This document shows positions 26,186 to 35,107 of a DNA stretch of 56,132 bases, piece by piece (the stretch's first letter is position 1; every line of letters begins with the position of its first letter). Position numbers and translations under genes: made by a program. The DNA lies in assembly GCA_964426585.1 (NCBI GenBank), contig CAYRQZ010000005.1, positions 1 to 56,132 on the forward strand. Direction: 5' to 3'. The notes below the pieces were generated by a model, which ran no database searches, had not been told where the DNA came from, and worked only from the letters and a program-made list of their open reading frames with translations. The stretch is from an uncultured Bacteroidales bacterium. GTDB taxonomy: Bacteria > Bacteroidota > Bacteroidia > Bacteroidales > ML635J-15.

Positions 26186-26827
26186 ATGGATAAATCGAAC
26201 AAAAAGAACAAACTGCAAATTCGCAATAGCATAGCCGAATTTCTGATTTTCACAAAACAGGCAGGTAGCGAAGTAATTGAGGTACGCCTTCAAGATGGTA
26301 CTGTTTGGCTTACCCAAAAACTTATTGGGTCATTGTTTGATGTGGAAAGACGTGTGATAACCAAACATTTAAACAACACATTTAAGGAAAATGAACTGCA
26401 AAAAGAGGCAACTTGTGCAATTTTTGCACAAGTTCAAACCGAAGGTAGCAGGCAAATTACCCGCAATGTTGAATTTTACAATCTAGACGCTATTATCGCC
26501 GTTGGTTATCGCGTAAACTCAAAACGGGCAACAGCTTTTAGACAGTGGGCGACAACGGTTTTACGTGATTTTGCCGAAGAATATGCCAAACGCCGAGTGC
26601 CGCTCACAATGGAAGATTGGGCAAAACATTTAGATTTAATTTTACAGGCAAACGGTAGGGACCTGCTTCAAAATGCAGGAAAAATAACCGCAACACTTGC
26701 CAAACAGCACGCCGAAAGCGAATTTGAAAAGTTTCGCCCCATTCAAGACCGGCTTTTTGAATCGGACTTTGATAAAATGCAGAAAATAATAGACGATAGC
26801 AAAACACAACTAATCGATGAAATATAA
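26186..26827 (+). CDS. RhuM-family (virulence protein RhuM / DinD-like) protein, short form (213 aa)
   Basis: N-terminal VWLTQKLIGSLFDV...ITKHL and FYNLDAIIAVGYRVNSKRATAFRQWATTVLRDF. C-terminal PLTMEDWAKHLDLILQANGRDLLQNAGKITATLAKQHAESEFEKFRPIQDRLFESDFDK. The central part I remember from full-length family members appears to be missing. Confidence 0.7.
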   Translation: MDKSNKKNKLQIRNSIAEFLIFTKQAGSEVIEVRLQDGTVWLTQKLIGSLFDVERRVITKHLNNTFKENELQKEATCAIFAQVQTEGSRQITRNVEFYNLDAIIAVGYRVNSKRATAFRQWATTVLRDFAEEYAKRRVPLTMEDWAKHLDLILQANGRDLLQNAGKITATLAKQHAESEFEKFRPIQDRLFESDFDKMQKIIDDSKTQLIDEI

Positions 26828-26970
26828 GCTTTTTACAAGATTTTAGAACTGCTTCAATCCTATTTTTAACCTCCTGGCTTTGTTCTTAAATTCCATTATT
26901 TTCCCTATCAAATAAATTATTGTTCTTTGTTTTGCTACTTTTTTTCTATTTTAGCAGGAAATTTCATTAA

Positions 26971-29900
26971 ATGAAAATTCAGAATAAACTAATCGCACCT
27001 AGTGTGGCTTTTTTTAGCTTTATAATTTATGTTTTAACTCTTTCAAACTATGTAAATTTTTGGGATAGCGGCGAGTTTATAGCTTGTGCCGACAGCCTTC
27101 AAATTAACCATGCACCAGGAAATCCAACTTATTTATTATTAGCAAGAATATTTGCAATTTTTGCTTTCAATCCTCAAAATACAGCCTTGGCTGTTAACTT
27201 ATTTTCAGCTTTTGCTGCGGCTTTTGCTGTTTTTTTTACAAGTAAAACTATATTTTGGCTTAGTCAAAATTTATTAGAAAAATATAACTTAAAAAACAAC
27301 AATAAACCAATAAAATACAAAGAGATAATTTCAAATTTTGCTTCAATTACTGGCTCTTTAACTTTAGCGTTTATTCCAAGTTTTTGGGCAATATCAACCG
27401 AAGCAGAAGTCTATTCTCTCTCTCTTTGCTTTACTAGTTTAACAATTTGGCTAATGATAAAATTCGTAAGCGAAGAAAACGAAAAAGCAAACAGATGGAT
27501 AGTTTTAATAGCCTTAATTTCCGGTCTAGCAATTGGAGTTCATCTTTTAAATATTTTAATTATACCAGCTTTAGTTTTTTTATATTATTTCAAAAAATAT
27601 AAATTTTCTTATAAAAATTTTACAATAACATTCTGTATAGCCTTATGCTTATTGATTTTTACTCAATTTTTCATTTCAGGCTTTCCGCAAATTGTCGCAT
27701 ATTTCGAAAAGTTTTTTGTCAATAGCTTAAATTTTCCTTTGTATAGCGGATTAATTACTTTCGTGATTTTATTTATTGTCTTACTTATTTTAGGAATTTA
27801 CTTTTCGGGAAAGAAAAATAAAAAACTACTAAACCTGATTTTCACGAGCGTTTTTGTTTTTTTTACGGCTTATTTAATTTATTCAACACTAATTATAAGG
27901 TCGGCTTCTAACCCGGGAATTGACCAAAATAATAATGAAAATATTTATAATTTCATTTCTTACCTTAATCGAGAGCAATACGGCGAACGTCCTTTGTGGA
28001 AAGGGCAACAATTTTCGTCAAAACTTAATAAAACTAAACCCTATAAAAAAGGCGAAGCTATTTACGACATAAATGATGGCAAATACTGCCTTGTTCATAA
28101 TAAACCAAAAGCCAATTACGAGAAATCTGATATTAGAACTTTCCCGAGAATGTGGAGTAATGAACCTTTACACATTCAGGGATATTTAGAGTGGACAAAA
28201 GCAAATAAAACGAAAATACCAAGTGCTTCGCAAAATTTTGAGTTTATGTTCCGCTACCAGTTTGGGCATTTATATTTGCGTTACTTTATGTGGAATTTCG
28301 TTGGAAAACAAAACAACTATCAATCTCATGGCAGTGTTATTAGCGGAAATTGGATAAGCGGATTTAACTTTATTGATAAAATACGACTTGGAGAACAAAA
28401 CTCAAAACCAAAATTTTTAGAAAGCGGGCAAGCTGCATATTATTTTCTACCACTGATTTTAGGACTAATTGGAATTATCGTGCAATTCAAATTTGACAAA
28501 AAAAACCTATTTGTTATTTTCTTAATCTTTATTTTTACAGGAATTGCTATAAGTTTTTATTTAAATCAGACCCCTTACCAAGTCAGAGAAAGAGATTACG
28601 CATTTCTGGGTTCGTTTTACGCATTTTCGCTTTGGATAGGTCTTGGATTTTGCGGTTTAACAATATTTCTAAATAAATTTGTAAAAAGTAAGTATGCAAT
28701 AATGGTTTTAGGATTATTTGCTGTGTTAATTTCACCCGCACAAATACTTTATAAAAACTATAAAATACAAAACAAAAGTCAAGATGATTTTGCTTATTAT
28801 TTTGCCTTAAATTTATTAAATACTTGCGACCAAAATGCTATTTTATTTGTTTCCGGCGACAACGAAACTTATCCACTTTGGTACTTGCAAGAATGTGAAA
28901 ATATTAGAACAGATGTTAAAGTAATAAATTTAAGTTTTTTAAATAATGATTGGTATATAGACCAAGTTCAAAAAACTACAAAAGGCTCAAAAGGTGTAAA
29001 TATTGAGCTTAACCGAGAAAAGTATATATCAGGCAAATCAGATATTTTACCTATTATTGATAACACTTCAAAATATTATTCATTTATTTATTTAAAAAAT
29101 CACGAAAAAATTGATAACTCATTTTTAGAAATTCACGAAGAATTTTGTGGAATATTAAAAACTTCGGGTTACGCAAAAAATTATAAAAAAGAATTCGATA
29201 GTTTTGAGGAATATTTTAGAAATATTATCGCTTTTGGGAATAATAAAAATTTTAAAGATTATTGTTCTATAATTTACAACCTCGATGATAGCGATATTCA
29301 AAAATATTATGGGATAAATTCAAGTCAAGCAGAAAATATTATAAAAAAAATTGAGGATTTACTCTATTCTCATCTTTTATTCACAAGCAATTTAAGCTCA
29401 AAACTTGAGTTTATGTTTTCAGAAGACACAAGTTTAATGATTCAGTCGAAACTTTACGATTATCCGTCAAATTATTGTCCAGGTTTTCAGTTTTCTATGC
29501 CAATAAATAAAGCAGAAGCAATAAAGAATTTTGAAAAAGCAGGGCTACGTGAAGAACTTTTGGTTGACGAGGTAATTTGGCAAATTGACAGTGCACAAAC
29601 AGCACTTAATAAGTCGCAACTTATTGCATACAAAATAATTGAGGACAATAATTGGGAAAGACCTATATATTTTTCTTCCTTAATGGACAAAGAAAGTTAT
29701 TTTGGCTTAGAGTCTTATCTATATTTAGAAGGTTTAGCTTTTCGACTATTCCCAATAGAAACCGAATTTACTTCTAATGATTTAGTAAATGTTAATTCGG
29801 CAAAAATGTATGACAATTTTATTAATAAATTTCGTTGGGGAAAATTAAAATATATTGACCAAGATATTGAAAATCTATTAATAATTTTAAGAACACATTA

Positions 29901-30285
29901 TTCTAAATTGTCAAGAGCCTTATTTTTAGCTCAAGCATACGAGGCTTCGGAATACAGCATTTCGCATTGTTTAAAATTAATTCCTAATAAAAAATTAGAG
30001 TTTGAATATTCTAATGTGGGCTTAGTTCATGGATATTATAGATTGCGAAAATATACCGAAGCAAGTTTTTTGTCCTTAGCAATTGCAAACAATATGGAAA
30101 AAGAGATAAACTTTTATAATCAATTACCAGAAAATTTAAGAATTTCCTTAGCTCAAAACTACCTTAAAGCACAAAAAACTATTGAAGAATTGTTGGTTTT
30201 AGCAAAAGATTATCAAAACACAGAAACTTACGAAAAACTAAAAAATATTTATTCGCAACTTATTCATAACCAAAACGTTAACTAA
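26971..30285 (+). CDS. DUF2723 / TMEM260-like GT-C polytopic membrane glycosyltransferase (1104 aa)
   Basis: N-terminal NFWDSGEFIACADSLQINHAPGNPTYLLLARIF motif, about 11 or more TM segments, and a large C-terminal soluble helical-repeat region. Confidence 0.75.
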   Translation: MKIQNKLIAPSVAFFSFIIYVLTLSNYVNFWDSGEFIACADSLQINHAPGNPTYLLLARIFAIFAFNPQNTALAVNLFSAFAAAFAVFFTSKTIFWLSQNLLEKYNLKNNNKPIKYKEIISNFASITGSLTLAFIPSFWAISTEAEVYSLSLCFTSLTIWLMIKFVSEENEKANRWIVLIALISGLAIGVHLLNILIIPALVFLYYFKKYKFSYKNFTITFCIALCLLIFTQFFISGFPQIVAYFEKFFVNSLNFPLYSGLITFVILFIVLLILGIYFSGKKNKKLLNLIFTSVFVFFTAYLIYSTLIIRSASNPGIDQNNNENIYNFISYLNREQYGERPLWKGQQFSSKLNKTKPYKKGEAIYDINDGKYCLVHNKPKANYEKSDIRTFPRMWSNEPLHIQGYLEWTKANKTKIPSASQNFEFMFRYQFGHLYLRYFMWNFVGKQNNYQSHGSVISGNWISGFNFIDKIRLGEQNSKPKFLESGQAAYYFLPLILGLIGIIVQFKFDKKNLFVIFLIFIFTGIAISFYLNQTPYQVRERDYAFLGSFYAFSLWIGLGFCGLTIFLNKFVKSKYAIMVLGLFAVLISPAQILYKNYKIQNKSQDDFAYYFALNLLNTCDQNAILFVSGDNETYPLWYLQECENIRTDVKVINLSFLNNDWYIDQVQKTTKGSKGVNIELNREKYISGKSDILPIIDNTSKYYSFIYLKNHEKIDNSFLEIHEEFCGILKTSGYAKNYKKEFDSFEEYFRNIIAFGNNKNFKDYCSIIYNLDDSDIQKYYGINSSQAENIIKKIEDLLYSHLLFTSNLSSKLEFMFSEDTSLMIQSKLYDYPSNYCPGFQFSMPINKAEAIKNFEKAGLREELLVDEVIWQIDSAQTALNKSQLIAYKIIEDNNWERPIYFSSLMDKESYFGLESYLYLEGLAFRLFPIETEFTSNDLVNVNSAKMYDNFINKFRWGKLKYIDQDIENLLIILRTHYSKLSRALFLAQAYEASEYSISHCLKLIPNKKLEFEYSNVGLVHGYYRLRKYTEASFLSLAIANNMEKEINFYNQLPENLRISLAQNYLKAQKTIEELLVLAKDYQNTETYEKLKNIYSQLIHNQNVN

Positions 30286-30295
30286 TATTATTGAA

Positions 30296-30910
30296 ATGAA
30301 TATTTTAAGTTTATTACCTTTAGTAAGATACCCAAAAATCTTTTGTAAAGGTTTGACTCGAATAAAAGATTATCCTAAAACTTTATATTTAAGTTTTGAT
30401 GATGGTCCCAACCCCTTAGTAACAGAAAAAGTTTTAGAACTTCTTAAAAAATATAATGCCAAGGCAAGTTTTTTTTGTAAAGGAAAAAATGCTATGCTTT
30501 ATCCAGATATTTTAAATAAAATTATTAGCGAAAATCATACTATTGGCAATCATACATTTATGCACTTAGACGCCTTTAAAGTAAAAAACAAAAAGTGGCT
30601 AATTGACGCTATCCGCAAATCCCCAGTTTCAAACTCTTTTTACTTTCGTCCTCCTTACGGGCATATTTTCCCTTGGCAATGCTTTATTTTAAAGAGAAAA
30701 TACAAATTAGTATTTTGGGACGTGATGACTTACGATTTTAAAGCAAAATATAGCTTAAAGAAAGTAAAAAAGATAATCTTACAAAAAGTTAGAAATGGCT
30801 CAATAATTATTTTTCATGACAACATTTTAAGTTGCGAAAAAATGTTGCCAGCCCTAGAATTTACTTTAAAGCATTACTCAAAACTCGGTTATCGTTTCGA
30901 AAAAATTTAG
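30296..30910 (+). CDS. Polysaccharide deacetylase (NodB homology domain)
   Basis: LYLSFDDGPNP, HTIGNHTFMH, FRPPYG and IIIFHD motifs. Confidence 0.8.
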   Translation: MNILSLLPLVRYPKIFCKGLTRIKDYPKTLYLSFDDGPNPLVTEKVLELLKKYNAKASFFCKGKNAMLYPDILNKIISENHTIGNHTFMHLDAFKVKNKKWLIDAIRKSPVSNSFYFRPPYGHIFPWQCFILKRKYKLVFWDVMTYDFKAKYSLKKVKKIILQKVRNGSIIIFHDNILSCEKMLPALEFTLKHYSKLGYRFEKI

Positions 30911-31036
30911 AAAGAAAAAACAGAGGAGAAAAAGCCAACTTTGAAAACATTACGAACCTTATGAACTTTTTTGGTTAAATACTTCAAAAAAAATAAAATT
31001 TTACAAAAAAATTATTAGTTTTATCAATTCATAAAA

Positions 31037-31813
31037 ATGATTTACAAAATGAAAATTATAAGTTTTAATTTGAATGGTATTCGTTCAGCGGTAAACAAAG
31101 GATTATACGAATGGGTAAAAGCCGAAAATCCTGATATTTTATGTGTTCAAGAAACCAAAGCACAAGCTGAACAAATTGAAGTTGAAAAGTTTAAAGAATT
31201 AGGTTATTTTTCTTACATTCATTCGGCAAAAAAACTTGGTTATAGCGGTGTTGCTGTTTTCTCAAAAAAACAAGCCAATTACGTAGAAATCGGCATAGGC
31301 ATTGATAATTTTGATGATGAAGGCAGGCTAATAAGATTAGATTTTGATAATTTTACTCAAATAAACTCCTACTTTCCATCGGGCACAATGGGAGATGTTA
31401 GACAAGAAGTAAAATATGCATATTTAGATGCTATCCAAAATTATATTGATGAATTAAAAAAACAAAAACCTAATATTATTTTGTCAGGCGACTATAATAT
31501 TTGCCATAAAGAAATTGATATTAGCAATCCAAAAACTAAAAAGGGAGTATCGGGCTTTTTACCCGAAGAAAGAGAATGGGTAACAAAATTTTTAGATAGT
31601 GGATTTATAGACACATTTAGAGTTTTTGATCAAAGTCCCGAAAAGTACTCGTGGTGGAGCTATAGAGCAGGAGCAAGAAAGAAAAATTTAGGCTGGCGTA
31701 TTGATTATAATATGGCGTCAACACCGATGCGAGACAGACTAATAGCAGCTTCAATTCAAAGCGAGGTAGTAATGTCTGACCACTGCCCTGTTGTACTCGA
31801 AATTACAATGTAA
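31037..31813 (+). CDS. xth: Exodeoxyribonuclease III
   Basis: SFNLNGIRS, DILCVQETK, GDYNICH, WWSYR and SDHCPV motifs. An alternative start at ATG 31049 (MKIISFN...) fits family N-termini better. Confidence 0.9.
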   Translation: MIYKMKIISFNLNGIRSAVNKGLYEWVKAENPDILCVQETKAQAEQIEVEKFKELGYFSYIHSAKKLGYSGVAVFSKKQANYVEIGIGIDNFDDEGRLIRLDFDNFTQINSYFPSGTMGDVRQEVKYAYLDAIQNYIDELKKQKPNIILSGDYNICHKEIDISNPKTKKGVSGFLPEEREWVTKFLDSGFIDTFRVFDQSPEKYSWWSYRAGARKKNLGWRIDYNMASTPMRDRLIAASIQSEVVMSDHCPVVLEITM

Positions 31814-34283
31814 AATTCAAAAGAAACTTAAAAGCCCAGTTGTCTACTTGTTTTTCTAAAGAATATGGTCCGTAGCGATAATAAACACCAAAACCATATC
31901 CCTGAAAACCAAATTTTAAAATATTATTAAGTTGAATTCCACTTTCGAAATAGCCTTTATTCATATTTTGAATATTCGGTTTTAATCTCGCCGAATTATC
32001 TCCCCAGCCAATAGCTGTAGATACAGAAATTCGCGGAGCAAAATATTTATTCTTTAATAGTAAACTTCTAAAATCATGTTTTATAAAAATTGAAGCAAAC
32101 TTATCCGAAACAAATTCATTAACACGCATTGTATTAAAACTATTTTCAATGCTTAACCATGAATATGAACCTGTGCCGTAATAAAGTTCTGAATACTCAG
32201 CATTACCATGAATCATACCTGCGTCAACGAGAAAATATGTGTCGCCAATATGCAACCATTGGAGTTTATACGTTAACATAGCCTCAGTTTTTAAATAATC
32301 TGAAAATGTTTCATAAATTGGCAAAGTTTTAATTAAATTAAAATATAAAACTGGATATTTTGTCCCCATGCTTAACCTATTCCCGCGTGGGGTTTGTAAA
32401 AACTTTTCTTTATAAGCATAACGAAAATATAAACCTAATTTAAAAGTCGATATTTCTTTGAAAATAGTATTAGCAAAATCGTAACGCAACTCGTTTATAA
32501 TTGTTTTGTCTTGATATGAAAACCTTAAATTTGTATTCAAATATCTTAAAGGAGTAAATTTTAATGAAGCATAATATAAACGCAAAGAATCCATTTCGTC
32601 CAAGAAAAAATCAAGCAAAGTACTTTGACTAAGCAAGGAAATATCGGTATTAAAATAATGGTCATCGCTAAATGCTAAATCTTGTGAAAATCCCAATCTT
32701 AAAGAGGTATTTGTTGGCTTATGAATAAACCAATCAAAATAAGCACCATATTTCCAAGCTTTATCTTTAAATCCATAAGCAAAATGCCCGCCAAAAGACA
32801 AAAATTTTAAAAGTTTTTCATTTGTAGCAAGTTCCAAACCAAGTCTATATCCTTCATATTTATTATACCAAAGAATTGAGGTAGGATTAATATTAATAAA
32901 TTTTATTGGAATATAACCTGTGGCAAAAATTTCAAACCACTCCATTTTTTTATCTAAATTAATCTCTTTACCAATACTGTCAATAAGCTCGTAAGTTCTA
33001 ATATCCTTTGCCGTAAGTTTTTCTTGTCGATATAAATTCCAATATAAAGAGTCTTTTTTATCTGCATTTTCGCTAATCTCAACATCTAATTGATTAAACT
33101 CTTTGCGTTTATATTCAGGATTTAAGCTAATATCACTAATATAAGATTTTCCTACTCCTAAAAATGGCATATAGGAATCGTTTCCTAAATCACCAGTCGA
33201 AACAGTAACAGTATTGTCGTTAGCTTGAAAAATGTTAAAAATTAAATCTGTATTTAACTGAACAGGAAACCACTGAACAGAATCTATAAGCTCATATTTT
33301 TGTTGAATATTTACATTAAAAATTCCTGTCGGCTCGTAAGGTTTGGCACTCACATTTTGCAAAGCATAAGAATTAGAGTTTATATGCAAAACTCCTTGTA
33401 ATCCGTCAAAATTTTTCCCTTTGAGTGGACGATAAGAAATTATAAAAATTGTATCTGCCACCTCATTATACATTGTATCTTCAATCTGAAAAAAGTATCG
33501 AGAAGTACTTCCCCGACTAATAGGACTAAGATATTTTTTATCTAATAGACTAATAAAATTTTTATAAAAAGAAAAAGATTGAAACTGTGTTGTTAACAAT
33601 GTAAAGGCAGGGTTTTGCATTCCCGACATTCTATGAGCTAAAACTTTTTCCTTGTTATTATCGGGATATTTGAATCGCCTTTCGGTAACAGATTCGGTTA
33701 TAAAAATATGCTGATCTTCAAAAAACTTTTTAAACGTTTTCATATTAGAACTATCTGTGAGAATAGTATCCAAGCTTGTTTTTACGCTATCAACTTTCAT
33801 TTGGTTTACATCAAAAGTAAAATACATTTTATTGTAAGAAATATATGAAAACGAACGCATTTTTTCGGGATTATTTTTATCCGAATTTGCTATAACCAAA
33901 TTTATGATCCTATGAGCAGGATTTTCGCCAGGTAAAATTGTAACTTCAGATAAATAATATGTGTCAGCCTCTAAAATAATTTCAATATATGGCTTGTTTT
34001 TTATGTCTTCCTTTGTTATTATTTTAGTGTTATATCCAAGATAAGAAAGTTTTAAAAATTCAATTTTATCAGAAGAATTAATTGCAAAATAGCCGTCTAA
34101 ATCTGTAGTTGTACCTAAGTTTTTAGAACTATAAATAATATTTACAAAGGCTAATGCTTCTTTTGTTTTAGAATCAATCACTCGCCCCGAAAATTTAGTT
34201 TGAGAATATGTGTAAAGCGATAAAAAGCTGAAAAATAAAACAATTAAAGCTATTTTAAAAGATATCGACTTAAATAAATTCAT
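31803..34283 (-). CDS. DUF5686-type protein with N-terminal CarboxypepD_reg-like domain (probable outer-membrane protein)
   Basis: FSGRVIDSKTKEALAFVNIIYSSKNLGTTTDLDGYFAI, followed by a roughly 700-aa beta-rich region ending ...FLLNFTL. Start set at ATG 34283, which lies 19 nt downstream of a minus-strand TATTTTTG box at 34302-34309. The ORF-track start is 34331. Confidence 0.75.
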   Translation of the reverse strand: MNLFKSISFKIALIVLFFSFLSLYTYSQTKFSGRVIDSKTKEALAFVNIIYSSKNLGTTTDLDGYFAINSSDKIEFLKLSYLGYNTKIITKEDIKNKPYIEIILEADTYYLSEVTILPGENPAHRIINLVIANSDKNNPEKMRSFSYISYNKMYFTFDVNQMKVDSVKTSLDTILTDSSNMKTFKKFFEDQHIFITESVTERRFKYPDNNKEKVLAHRMSGMQNPAFTLLTTQFQSFSFYKNFISLLDKKYLSPISRGSTSRYFFQIEDTMYNEVADTIFIISYRPLKGKNFDGLQGVLHINSNSYALQNVSAKPYEPTGIFNVNIQQKYELIDSVQWFPVQLNTDLIFNIFQANDNTVTVSTGDLGNDSYMPFLGVGKSYISDISLNPEYKRKEFNQLDVEISENADKKDSLYWNLYRQEKLTAKDIRTYELIDSIGKEINLDKKMEWFEIFATGYIPIKFININPTSILWYNKYEGYRLGLELATNEKLLKFLSFGGHFAYGFKDKAWKYGAYFDWFIHKPTNTSLRLGFSQDLAFSDDHYFNTDISLLSQSTLLDFFLDEMDSLRLYYASLKFTPLRYLNTNLRFSYQDKTIINELRYDFANTIFKEISTFKLGLYFRYAYKEKFLQTPRGNRLSMGTKYPVLYFNLIKTLPIYETFSDYLKTEAMLTYKLQWLHIGDTYFLVDAGMIHGNAEYSELYYGTGSYSWLSIENSFNTMRVNEFVSDKFASIFIKHDFRSLLLKNKYFAPRISVSTAIGWGDNSARLKPNIQNMNKGYFESGIQLNNILKFGFQGYGFGVYYRYGPYSLEKQVDNWAFKFLLNFTL

Positions 34284-34369
34284 GCAGTTTATAAATATTT
34301 TCAAAAATATATTATTAAAATTAAACTTCAAATTTAAAATGCTTATTTGGTGATTTTAATCATATTTAG

Positions 34370-34377
34370 TAATTTTG
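34370..34377 (+). promoter_or_regulatory. Bacteroidota -7 box (TAATTTTG) for the Crp/Fnr-mqnC pair
   Basis: TAnnTTTG match 20 nt upstream of ATG 34397. Confidence 0.45.
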
Positions 34378-34396
34378 CATAAAATAATTTACGACA

Positions 34397-35107
34397 ATGA
34401 GCAAATATTATGACGATCCAGCTTGTAAAGATTGCAATACTGCACTTACAACAGTTTTCAAAAAGCTTACAGCCTCACAATTAGAACATTTAGGAAATAC
34501 AAAGGTTTGTTCTCAAGTAAAAAAAGGTAAAATCCTTTACGAGGAAGGAAATAGAATAACAGGAATATATTGTGTTAACAAAGGAATAATAAAAGTTTAC
34601 AAAACAGGCAGTGAAGGTAAAGAACAGATTATAAAATTTGCAAAAGAAGGTGATATTATCGGATATAGGTCGGTTTTAAACGGAGAACCTGCTTGTACTA
34701 GTGCAAAAGCACTCGAAGATTCAACTGTTTGTTATATTAATACTCAAGACCTCTATAATTTACTTAAAGAAAATAGCGAACTAGGCATAGAACTTTTACA
34801 AATTGCTTGCAAAGAGTTAGGAGAAGCAAATAATTATTTAACTGACATCGCTCAAAAATCTGTTAAAGAAAGACTTGCAGAAATATTAATTCAATTACAA
34901 GATGAATTTGGAACTAACCAAGACGGAACTATTAGCCTTGTCCTTACACGCGAAGAACTTGCAAATATTATCGGTACAGCAACAGAATCGGTAATAAGAT
35001 TATTATCAGAATTTAAAAGTGAAAATATTATTGATATACAAGGTAGAAAAATAAAAATCCTTGATATTAAACGATTAAAAAAAATTAGCAACTTTTTTAA
35101 TATATAA
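34397..35107 (+). CDS. Crp/Fnr family transcriptional regulator (236 aa)
   Basis: cNMP-binding beta-roll (GIYCVNKGIIKVYK...GKEQIIKFAKEGDIIGY) and C-terminal HTH LTREELANIIGTATESVIRLLSEF. N-terminal Cys pair C10-x2-C13 plus further Cys residues. Confidence 0.85.
   Translation: MSKYYDDPACKDCNTALTTVFKKLTASQLEHLGNTKVCSQVKKGKILYEEGNRITGIYCVNKGIIKVYKTGSEGKEQIIKFAKEGDIIGYRSVLNGEPACTSAKALEDSTVCYINTQDLYNLLKENSELGIELLQIACKELGEANNYLTDIAQKSVKERLAEILIQLQDEFGTNQDGTISLVLTREELANIIGTATESVIRLLSEFKSENIIDIQGRKIKILDIKRLKKISNFFNI

Noticed and set aside
25815-26970. Calling the GC-elevated islet a mobile element
   Set aside because: No integrase, transposase, tRNA attachment site or flanking direct or inverted repeats could be found by eye. 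It is reported only as compositionally anomalous.
31803-31813. 11-nt convergent overlap of xth and the DUF5686 gene as a regulatory feature
   Set aside because: Short 3' overlaps of convergent genes are common in compact genomes, and no structure or motif was seen.
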